This document shows positions 1-7,111 of a stretch of DNA of 42,650 nucleotides, in pieces (position 1 is the first letter of the stretch; every line of letters starts with the position of its first letter). Both the position numbers and the translations under genes were made by a program. The DNA is from Candidatus Nanopelagicales bacterium. Its GTDB lineage: Bacteria > Actinomycetota > Actinomycetes > S36-B12 > UBA10799. Where the stretch lies: positions 1 through 42,650 of the forward strand of contig JBIRBF010000002.1 in the NCBI GenBank assembly GCA_044326505.1, written 5' to 3'. The notes beneath the pieces were generated by a model. That model was not told the DNA's origin. It ran no database searches and was given only the letters and a program-made list of their open reading frames with translations.

Positions 1-145
1 AATATTGGCTGCGTTGACCAGTCCGGGGGGCGGTGATTGCGCTTGGATTGCTTCGTTGCCGGTGAGGATCAGATTGAGGTTCGATAGTCGAGCCGTCATG
101 GCCGTCGCGTCGAGCTCATAGGTAAACGTGCCGCCGATGCCGAAG

Positions 146-2212
146 TCAAGTTCGTAATCGCTTGGCGAGCCGCCCCAGCATGCGAGCGATCATCGTCGAG
201 TTGACCAGATCGTCCTCCACCAGCAGCACCCGCAGCCCGGCCAAGGAGCCATCCGAGGGGAGGTCCCCCGGGGCCGCCGGCTCGGGGCGCGCGGCGACAG
301 GCATGGGCACTGACACGCGGAAGGTGGTGCCCTCGCCGATGGCACTGCTGGCGGAGATGCACCCGCCGAGCACATCCACGAGTTGTTTGGTGATGGCCAG
401 CCCCAGACCCGACCCGCCGTATTTGCGCGTGGTGGAGGCATCGGCCTGGACGAATGGCTGGAACAACGAATCAAGCTTCGCCTCATCGAAACCGACGCCG
501 GTGTCAGCCACCTCGACGAACAACTCGTCGGCTTCCCGACCCACCCGGAGGCGTACGCTCCCCTCGGCGGTGAACTTGACGGCGTTGCCAGCCAGGTTGA
601 GGATCACCGCACGCAGCTTCTCCCGGTCCCCGACGACGAACTCCGGCGTCGTGGGCAGCACATCGACTGTGACTGCGATGTCCTTCTCGCGGGCGACCGG
701 CGCCACGATCCGGGCACACTCCTCTGTCAACTCGGCCGGCGGGAACACCGTTTCATCGACCATGAGTTTGCTGGCCTCGCCCCTGGCCAGGTTGAGGATG
801 TCGTTGACCAGCGCCAGCAGCCGCTCGCCTGCCATGTGAGCCGTACCCACCAGCTGTCGTTGGTCGTCGTCGAGGTCGGTGTCGAGCAGGAGTTCGGTGA
901 GGCCGATCACGGAGGCCAGAGGGGTGCGGATCTCATGACTGGTGTTGGCCAGCAGGTCGCTCTTGGCTTGGGCGAGGGCGACGGCGGCATCGCGAGTGGA
1001 GACGAGCTCCTCCTCGAGCGCCTTGCTCGCGCTGATATCGACGATGGCAGCCAACGTGTGCGGCTGACCCTCCAGCGCGATGGTGGACAACGACACCTGC
1101 AGCGGAACCCGGCGTCCTCGCCGGGTGATGCCCACCACGTCGGTGCTGATGGCCATGGTGTGGGTGCCGTCACCCGAGCCTTGTTCGGTGAACCTGTGGC
1201 GGAGCTTGACGTGCCTTCGGCGCAGCTCGTCAGGCACGAGCATCTCGATCGACGTGCCCACAAGTTCGTCGTCTGGGTAGTCGAAGAGCCGCCCGGCCGC
1301 CGTGTTGACGTATGTGATCAGCCCCGCGGGGTCGACGACGATCATCGCGTTGGGCGCACTGGCGAGAATGCGAGTCGCAGTGCTGCGAGCCTCCCCGGCA
1401 GCGGACATGTCGCGCGCGGTGGCGAAGACCAGACTGCCGCCCGGATCCCCGATGGCGGACCATTGGAGGGCGCGCTCCCCATGGCTGGGGGAGTCGGTGG
1501 CCATTTCGAGGGTGAACACCTCGTCACTCCCGTCGGCCAGTTCGGCAAGTGCGCGCGCGAGTTCGCCAGGAGCATCCGTCCGGATCCACTGCCTGATGTT
1601 CGTGCCGACTAGCTCGGCGGGTCCCACCCCGAAGAGTCGCTCGCAGGCGTGGTTGGCCTGCCTGATCTGGCCGTCGCGGCCGGCGATCAACATGAGGTCC
1701 GGGGAGATGTCGAAGAACCGCTCGAGCCGCAGCAGTGGCTCCACCGCCTCGGCCTGCGCCCGCTGATAGGCCTGAAGCAGATGCAGCATGTCCACGATGG
1801 GGTCCTGCACCCCGTAGTCGGACAGTGTGAAGCCAGCCTCTTCGAACTCGGCGGTCGAGCCGATCCAGGGCGACCACGCCACCAGAAACCGCTCTCCCTC
1901 GTGGTCGGCTATCACCTGCCCGCGTAGACGCATCCCGCGACGCCGGTCGGTCGCCACGAAGAGTTGGCCCGCCAACCGTCTCAGCTGCTCCGCGGTGAGC
2001 GTGCCGAACAGGGTCACTGGTTCAAACAGCTCGGTGAACTCACAACCCACTGGGTCCTGACCCACCAACTTGGGCAGGGTCGAGCCCGCCGAGGTGATGT
2101 GCAGGTCCACGTCGAGGACGCAGTGGAACGGAAACAGGCGATCCATGATCGGTGTAAGACCGTCGAAATCCGGTTCGGGCATCAGATCACCACGTGAGGA
2201 GGAATTCGTCAT
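146..2212 (-). CDS. Hybrid sensor histidine kinase: HNOBA - PAS - PAS - HisKA - HATPase_c, with only a short stub of the C-terminal receiver
   Basis: ORF 146..2377. The N-terminus (FPFHCVLDVDLHITSAG ... MRLRGQVI ... FLVAWSPWI ... LSDYGVQDPIVDMLHLLQ) matches the H-NOX-associated (HNOBA) domain of soluble guanylate cyclases. There are two PAS-like blocks. H-box is NTSHEIRTP (His codon 935-937). ATP-lid motifs are DTGVGF and GGSGLGLAI. The protein ends LRVLLVEDDLVNSTMIARMLGRLA-KRLRT-stop, so the receiver is cut before its phospho-Asp. Start set at ATG 2212 (GGCGAGGA-like SD upstream, 26-nt overlap with the H-NOX stop). ATG 2182 is an alternative. Confidence 0.85.
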   Translation of the reverse strand: MTNSSSRGDLMPEPDFDGLTPIMDRLFPFHCVLDVDLHITSAGSTLPKLVGQDPVGCEFTELFEPVTLFGTLTAEQLRRLAGQLFVATDRRRGMRLRGQVIADHEGERFLVAWSPWIGSTAEFEEAGFTLSDYGVQDPIVDMLHLLQAYQRAQAEAVEPLLRLERFFDISPDLMLIAGRDGQIRQANHACERLFGVGPAELVGTNIRQWIRTDAPGELARALAELADGSDEVFTLEMATDSPSHGERALQWSAIGDPGGSLVFATARDMSAAGEARSTATRILASAPNAMIVVDPAGLITYVNTAAGRLFDYPDDELVGTSIEMLVPDELRRRHVKLRHRFTEQGSGDGTHTMAISTDVVGITRRGRRVPLQVSLSTIALEGQPHTLAAIVDISASKALEEELVSTRDAAVALAQAKSDLLANTSHEIRTPLASVIGLTELLLDTDLDDDQRQLVGTAHMAGERLLALVNDILNLARGEASKLMVDETVFPPAELTEECARIVAPVAREKDIAVTVDVLPTTPEFVVGDREKLRAVILNLAGNAVKFTAEGSVRLRVGREADELFVEVADTGVGFDEAKLDSLFQPFVQADASTTRKYGGSGLGLAITKQLVDVLGGCISASSAIGEGTTFRVSVPMPVAARPEPAAPGDLPSDGSLAGLRVLLVEDDLVNSTMIARMLGRLAKRLRT

Positions 2213-2741
2213 GGTCCGAGTCCTCGCCCTTGGCGGCAACCTGCGCGACCTCGGCTTGGACCCCGAACCGATCCGCCACCCCGCGGAGGAGGCCCACGAC
2301 GAAAGGAGCAAGCCCCTCTCGCTCGCTGTAGTAGGCGATCCGCAGCGCATCGCTGCCCGCTTCTGGAGTCTCGTCACGTACCTCGAACTGCGGCGGTCGG
2401 AATCCTGGGAAGATCAGCCCAACGCGCACGTGGAGGTTGTTCAGACTGCGGAGGAAGGTCCTCACGTCACTGCCGGCGGCCTCCATCAAGGTGCGGTACT
2501 GCGAATCTGCGAACGACACCACCCAGTAGCGGCCGAACTGCTCAAGGAGCGCGGCCGGCTCCTCGCCCAGCACCCGCGACGCCGCCCCCACGAGGGCGTA
2601 GCTTATGGAATCGTCGTAGGGCTCGTTGCTCACGAAGGTCAGCCCTGGATAGCCGGCGGCCGCGGTGACGCGGGTCCAGGTGTCGTCGCCGTGCTCCTGC
2701 TTGACCATCATGGCGAGGCCGAGGTTGACCATTCCGTACAT
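2187..2741 (-). CDS. Stand-alone H-NOX (haem nitric oxide/oxygen-binding) sensor protein
   Basis: 184 aa. Starts MYGMVNLGL..V....GDDTW and contains LNNLHVRVGLIFPGFRPPQF (proximal His104, codon 2430-2432) plus the YxSxR haem-propionate motif (YYSER, residues 137-141). Ends DHDEFLLTW, like bacterial H-NOX proteins. AAGGA SD lies upstream of ATG 2741. Sits immediately upstream of, and overlaps, the HNOBA kinase. Confidence 0.9.
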   Translation of the reverse strand: MYGMVNLGLAMMVKQEHGDDTWTRVTAAAGYPGLTFVSNEPYDDSISYALVGAASRVLGEEPAALLEQFGRYWVVSFADSQYRTLMEAAGSDVRTFLRSLNNLHVRVGLIFPGFRPPQFEVRDETPEAGSDALRIAYYSEREGLAPFVVGLLRGVADRFGVQAEVAQVAAKGEDSDHDEFLLTW

Positions 2742-2802
2742 GCAATCCTTCTTCCCCGTGTTGGGGCTTCAGTATGCAGGCAGGACGCCCACCATTAGGC
2801 AA

Positions 2803-2828
2803 CCGCGGAACCAGGCAGCGTTCCGCGG
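2803..2828 (-). terminator. Candidate stem-loop terminator downstream of the GT2 gene
   Basis: Perfect 9-bp inverted repeat ccgcggaac (2803-2811) / gttccgcgg (2820-2828) with an 8-nt loop. It begins 4 nt after the GT2 stop (2832-2834). No clear U-tract follows. Confidence 0.35.
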
Positions 2829-2831
2829 CAC

Positions 2832-3815
2832 TCATGCAGCTCCGCTGGTCCCCTCTCCGCCATCACGCCGGTTCCGCGGGCGCCCGACGTTCCTGGCGTA
2901 GACCCGCGACCGGGGCCTGACCTCGTCGCGGTAGGTGCTCGTCGAGTTGCGCCGGGCCAGCACCACCAGCGCGTCCTGCAGGGTGCGCAGGATGGTGGAC
3001 TTGCTCACCGACGACCCGGCCATGCGCTCCTTGAGTTCCACGGGCGCTGCGACTGCAGTGCTGTAACCAGCCGTCGAGGCTGCGACGAACACCTCGAGGT
3101 CAAACGCGAAGCGGGTCTCCCGCAGGCGTGGAAGAACGTCGGCGAGCACCTCCCGGCGGAACAACTTGCAGCCGGTCTGGGTGTCGTTGACCCCCAGTGA
3201 GAACAACAACCCCACCAGGCTGGAGAACCCCAGCGACACGAGTTTACGGAACGGGGACGAGGCCGAGATCGACTCACGGTGCTTCTTGTTGGCATAAACC
3301 ATGTCCGCGCCGGTGGCCCGTCCGGTCTTGAGGTACTCCACGAGGTGCGCCGGGTCGATGTCTCCATCAGAGTCCACAAACCCAACCCACGACCCGCGCG
3401 CACGGCAGAAGCCCGCGTGCAGGGCCCCGCCCTTGCCCCGGTTGGCCGGCAGTTCCACCACCCGCACCTCGGATCCGGCGCCCTCAAGGGTTGCCATTGA
3501 TCCGTCGGTCGAGCCATCCGAGACGACGATGAGCTCGAAGCCGATTCCCTCGGCCCGCATCACCTCCACCAGACGGTCCACCGCGGGCCGCAGCGCTTCG
3601 CCAGGGTTGTAGGCCGGCATGACCACCGTGATCTCGATCTCACGGTTGGCGGGCATCCACAGCCGGGACGACTCACTCCACACCGCCCTGGTCGGCTCCG
3701 GGCGCTCCTTAAGCAAGGCCCTGCCCACGAGGAACGCCGGCAGCAGCGCGACCCGTCTGAGCTGCTCAACAATCGTCGCGAACATGTGCGAGAGGCTCGG
3801 CAACTTGTCCTTCAT
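2832..3815 (-). CDS. Family-2 glycosyltransferase (polyprenol-phosphate sugar synthase / DPM1-GtrB-like)
   Basis: Motifs: ITVVMPAYN, VVSDGSTDGS, NRGKGGAL, FVDSDGD, DTQTGCKLFRR. Start moved to ATG 3815, which has a GGGAGG SD directly upstream. The longer ORF to 4223 runs antisense into the neighbouring response-regulator gene. Confidence 0.85.
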   Translation of the reverse strand: MKDKLPSLSHMFATIVEQLRRVALLPAFLVGRALLKERPEPTRAVWSESSRLWMPANREIEITVVMPAYNPGEALRPAVDRLVEVMRAEGIGFELIVVSDGSTDGSMATLEGAGSEVRVVELPANRGKGGALHAGFCRARGSWVGFVDSDGDIDPAHLVEYLKTGRATGADMVYANKKHRESISASSPFRKLVSLGFSSLVGLLFSLGVNDTQTGCKLFRREVLADVLPRLRETRFAFDLEVFVAASTAGYSTAVAAPVELKERMAGSSVSKSTILRTLQDALVVLARRNSTSTYRDEVRPRSRVYARNVGRPRNRRDGGEGTSGAA

Positions 3816-3951
3816 ACCTCCCACATTGGGCGATGCGCACCGCCGTAACAACACCGGGGGGTCAACGGGCTCCGAGATTGCGGCAACCACGTGACACAGA
3901 TGATGAATACCGTGGGCCTGCACGCCAAGTCCGCTCGCCCTAGCATGAGGT
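3816..3951. promoter_or_regulatory. Divergent intergenic/promoter region between the GT2 gene and the REC-GGDEF-HPt gene
   Basis: 136-nt gap that is locally more A/T-rich (agatgatgaatac). Contains the dyad CCACG (3887-3891) - N19 - CGTGG (3911-3915). A TANNNT-type hexamer TAGCAT (3941-3946) lies 5 nt before GTG 3952, which fits a leaderless or near-leaderless transcript. Confidence 0.3.
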
Positions 3952-5244
3952 GTGACTTTCCCTGACGATGGCTTCGAGGCCAAGCCGACGATCCTGGTGA
4001 TCGACGATGATCGCGTGCTCACCATGCTGATGGAACGACTGCTCGCCGCCACCGGCGAGGTGACCACCTCGAACTCCGGCGCCGAAGGTTTGCAACTGGC
4101 CCGCGAGATGGTCCCCGACCTCATCCTCCTCGACGTCCAGATGCCCGGCCAGGACGGCTTCGACATCATCAGCGAACTCAAGTCCGACCCCACGGTGCGC
4201 CACATTCCCGTGATCTTCATCACCGCCGAGGTGCTCCCCGAGATCGAGTCCCACTGCCTGGAGGCCGGGGCGGCCGACTACATCGCCAAACCCGTCACCC
4301 CGCGCGTGCTGCAGGCGCGGGCGCGCACCCACCTACTCATCAAGCATCAGGCCGACCAACTGGCGGACCTGTCGTTCCGCGACGCGCTTACCGGGGCACT
4401 GAACCGCCCAGCGTTCGAGGACGTGCTGGGCTGGGAGTGCGACCGGGCAGCCGCACGAGGGTGGCCGGTTTCGCTGCTGATCGTCGATCTCGACCAGTTC
4501 CGCGGCTACAACGAGGTGTACGGGCATCTGGCCGGCGACGACGTGCTCGAAGCTGTGGCCCAGGCGATCAGGCCGATCGCCGACCGACCCGGCGACCTGC
4601 TCGGACGCCTCGGCGGGGACCGTTTCGGCGTGCTGCTCCCTGAGACGGCATCCGATGTCGCCGTCGAGATCGCCGAGCGGATCAACGCTGCGGTTCGCCA
4701 GCTTCAGATTCGCCACACCCGGGCGCAGGCCGGCACCTTGACAGCCAGCGTCGGCGTCGCCAGCACGACAATGCCGGTGTCCGGCTCGGACATCGTGGAC
4801 CTGGCGGAGCGGATGGTGAGCCAAGCCAAGGCGGCGGGGCGCGACCGCGTCCATCCGGTCAGCCCGCACCCCGAACCGGCCGCTCCGTCCGTCGACGAAC
4901 GTCCCGCGGTGGACGAATCGATCCTGCTGACACTCGCCGACGACGTAGGTGACCGCGGTTTCGTCGAGGACACCGTCGAGGTGTATCTGGCCGAGTTGCC
5001 CGATCGCGTCGAGGGCCTCGTGGCAGCCCTGCGCCGGGCAGAGCCAGCAGAGGTACGCGCGCAGGCCCACTCACTGAAGTCGAGTTCGGCCATGCTGGGG
5101 GCGGTGGCGATGTCCAGGCTCTGCGCGGAACTCGAGCGGGTGGCCTCCGCCGGACCAGTGCCTGACCCCGACGCTCTGCAGCGGCGCGTGCGCGACGAGG
5201 CAGCCGCGGCGGAGGAGGGGCTAAGGTCCTTCTTGAGCAGTTGA
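3952..5244 (+). CDS. Response regulator REC - GGDEF (degenerate GGDRF A-site, intact RxxD I-site) - HPt
   Basis: REC: ILVIDDD ... LILLDVQMPG (Asp61, codon 4132-4134) ... KP. GGDEF domain: DALTGALNRPAF ... DLDQFRGYNEVYGHLAGD ... RPGD-LLGRL-GGDRF (codons 4612-4626). C-terminal HPt: AHSLKSSSAMLGA (His373, codon 5068-5070). GTG start. Confidence 0.9.
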   Translation: MTFPDDGFEAKPTILVIDDDRVLTMLMERLLAATGEVTTSNSGAEGLQLAREMVPDLILLDVQMPGQDGFDIISELKSDPTVRHIPVIFITAEVLPEIESHCLEAGAADYIAKPVTPRVLQARARTHLLIKHQADQLADLSFRDALTGALNRPAFEDVLGWECDRAAARGWPVSLLIVDLDQFRGYNEVYGHLAGDDVLEAVAQAIRPIADRPGDLLGRLGGDRFGVLLPETASDVAVEIAERINAAVRQLQIRHTRAQAGTLTASVGVASTTMPVSGSDIVDLAERMVSQAKAAGRDRVHPVSPHPEPAAPSVDERPAVDESILLTLADDVGDRGFVEDTVEVYLAELPDRVEGLVAALRRAEPAEVRAQAHSLKSSSAMLGAVAMSRLCAELERVASAGPVPDPDALQRRVRDEAAAAEEGLRSFLSS

Positions 5245-5817
5245 CGCGCCTGCATTCCGGCGCTGCCTGCGCACCCGCGTGAGCGCCACAGCCGCCCCAA
5301 TCACGGCGAACGCCCCCACCACCCACGGCACGAAGGTGGACGGGGCCAATCCAGAGGGCTTGGGCGGGACGGACCCCACCAGGGTCCGCGTCGTCCCCGA
5401 CGGCGACAGCCCGACGGCCAGCACGCTCGCCCCCGGCGGCACACCCTCGGTCCGGGCAGCCGGAACGGTCACCTCCAAGGTTCCCGTGGTGTCGGTCTTG
5501 CGCTCGAGGTCGGCGACTTCGCCCACCTGGACCTTGATCTTGGTCAGCTGGCGAAACCCCAGGCCGACGATGGTCAGGTTGGGCCCTTGCACGACCCCGA
5601 CGCGATCGGGATCCTGCGAGGGACCCCCGCCCGGGGGCACCACAGGCGGGTCGAACGGCGCCGCCACCACGGCTGTGCCCGGATCTGTCCAGGTGACGCT
5701 CAAGTCACCGGCGTTTCCCCCGTAGCCAGGACCTTCCGCCAGCGCGGGACCAGCACCCAGCAGCGCCGACGCGCCGAACACGGCACTGGCGGCTACCCCG
5801 GCAAGAACACGGCCCAT
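5221..5817 (-). CDS. Secreted hypothetical protein with a C-terminal transmembrane anchor
   Basis: Start at ATG 5817, with GGAGG just upstream. Signal-peptide-like MGRVLAGVAASAVFGASALLGAGPALAEG. Pro/Gly-rich, beta-rich middle. C-terminal hydrophobic helix VPWVVGAFAVIGAAVAL followed by RVRRQRR. No recognisable family. The 3' end overlaps the convergent gene by 24 nt. Confidence 0.55.
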   Translation of the reverse strand: MGRVLAGVAASAVFGASALLGAGPALAEGPGYGGNAGDLSVTWTDPGTAVVAAPFDPPVVPPGGGPSQDPDRVGVVQGPNLTIVGLGFRQLTKIKVQVGEVADLERKTDTTGTLEVTVPAARTEGVPPGASVLAVGLSPSGTTRTLVGSVPPKPSGLAPSTFVPWVVGAFAVIGAAVALTRVRRQRRNAGASTAQEGP

Positions 5818-5863
5818 GCCTCCATGATGCAACAGTCCTGCGGATAGTCTGAATTGGGCAGGC

Positions 5864-7111
5864 GTGGAGCAAGCGCACCTGCTGACTGGAGAGCAGATGA
5901 CGACCGCTGAGGCGCCGCCTTCGAGACTGGGACGTGGACTGTCGCGCCTTGCCGCGCCGCTGCTCATCGCGGTGGCGATCCAGAGTCTCGCCAACCTCAT
6001 CTTCCACGCTGTGGTGGGACGCACCCTGACCCCCTCGGACTACGGCGCTCTGGGTGCGGTCCTGGCTGCGATGACGCTCGTCGCGGTGCCGTTGACAGCC
6101 CTGCAGACCGCGGCGGCACGCACAAGCGCAGCGGGCGGCCTCACCCGGAGCACCTCGTGGCGGGCCATCAACCGGACCTTCCTGCTGTCCCTGCCCGCGG
6201 TCCTCGTCCTGGTGGCCCTGGCGGTCCCCATCCGCGAGTTCCTGTCGCTGCACTCGACGTTCGACGCGGCGATCCTCGCCCCGACCCTGCTCACCGCGAC
6301 GGTGATCGCCGTGGCGCGCGGGCTCCTGCTGGGCGACGGGCGCAGCGGAGTCGTGGCAGCGTCGTTCATCGTCGCCACCGTGGTCCGCCTGGGTCCAGGT
6401 CTCGTCCTGGCCCACTATTGGGGCGTCACGGGCGCGCTCATCGCAACGCTTGCCGGCGAAGTCGCCGGGCTGGCTGTGGTCCTGTGGGTGGCCCTGCGGG
6501 CTCCAACTGGAGCGCTCACCCGTCTCACCGGCTCCGACGTGGCGAAGACGGGTGCCGTGGTCGCCGGACTGTTCGCGTTCTCCACGGTCGATCTCTTCCT
6601 CGCCCGGCACTTTCTCGTGGGCACCGAGTCGGGCTACTACGTCGCCGCGGCCACTATCGGCAAGACCATCCTGGCGCTGCCGGCGGCCGCGCTGTCGGTG
6701 GCCTACCCGAAACTCGTCGCCGCCTGGCCCAGCAGCCACCGATTCGCCTCGCTGCGTTCGGCCCTGCTGGTCGTGGGGCTTCCTGCGGTGGCGGGCATCG
6801 CGGTGGTGGCGCTCTTACCTGGCCTCGTGCTTACACTCCTCTACGGCAGCGGGACGTTCGATGCGGCAGCAGACCTCACCAGGGTGCTGGCAATAGTCGC
6901 CGGGATGAGCGCGTTCGTGAGCGTCTTCGCCCACGCCGCGCTGGCGCGCGAGTCGCGTTGGGCGCTCTTCCCCTGGTTCGCGGCGGCTGTGGAGGTAGTG
7001 ATCATCAGTTGGCGGCACGCGGACATGATGCAGGTGGCCCAGGGCGCTGTGGTCGCCCTCGTGATCGCCTTGCTGGGCCTGGGGCTGCGGGAAGTGCGAG
7101 CGTGGCGATGA
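5864..7111 (+). CDS. Polytopic membrane protein, MOP-superfamily (Wzx-like) oligo/polysaccharide flippase
   Basis: 415 aa, hydrophobic throughout (about 12 predicted helices by eye). The N-terminal LSRLAAPLLIAVAIQSLANLIFHAVVGRTLTPSDYGALG is typical of polysaccharide-biosynthesis flippases. GTG 5864 (ATG 5897 is an alternative). The stop overlaps the next start as ATGA (7108-7111). Confidence 0.65.
   Translation: MEQAHLLTGEQMTTAEAPPSRLGRGLSRLAAPLLIAVAIQSLANLIFHAVVGRTLTPSDYGALGAVLAAMTLVAVPLTALQTAAARTSAAGGLTRSTSWRAINRTFLLSLPAVLVLVALAVPIREFLSLHSTFDAAILAPTLLTATVIAVARGLLLGDGRSGVVAASFIVATVVRLGPGLVLAHYWGVTGALIATLAGEVAGLAVVLWVALRAPTGALTRLTGSDVAKTGAVVAGLFAFSTVDLFLARHFLVGTESGYYVAAATIGKTILALPAAALSVAYPKLVAAWPSSHRFASLRSALLVVGLPAVAGIAVVALLPGLVLTLLYGSGTFDAAADLTRVLAIVAGMSAFVSVFAHAALARESRWALFPWFAAAVEVVIISWRHADMMQVAQGAVVALVIALLGLGLREVRAWR

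Noticed and set aside
1-99. Possible partial minus-strand ORF (MTARLSNLNLILTGNEAIQAQSPPPGLVNAANI...) leaving the window.
   Set aside because: Only 33 codons are visible, with no SD and no recognisable family. It cannot be supported from this window and is mentioned only in the receiver-truncation finding.
96-362. 88-aa minus-strand ORF overlapping the kinase 3' end.
   Set aside because: Wrong frame of the kinase ATPase/receiver region, with an Arg/Gly/Ala-rich translation.
383-1612. 409-aa plus-strand ORF antisense to the HNOBA kinase. Similar long ORFs occur at 162-839, 1302-1766 and 2070-2798.
   Set aside because: Arg/Gly/Asp/His-rich, with no recognisable motifs, and lying exactly opposite a gene with strong domain evidence. 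This is the typical GC-driven shadow frame.
3816-4223. N-terminal 136-aa extension of the GT2 ORF.
   Set aside because: It runs antisense through the receiver domain of 3952-5244 and shows no GT2 homology. ATG 3815 has a GGGAGG Shine-Dalgarno.
5221-5330. Possible sortase (LPXTG/LAXTG) sorting signal in the secreted protein.
   Set aside because: A hydrophobic helix and basic tail are present, but the only nearby string is GLAPST. No TG-containing pentapeptide is present.
6157-7107. 317-aa N-terminal extension of the V4R kinase ORF.
   Set aside because: It overlaps the flippase gene in another frame and reads as Arg/Gly/Pro low complexity. Kinase homology begins at ATG 7108, which forms an ATGA junction with the flippase stop.
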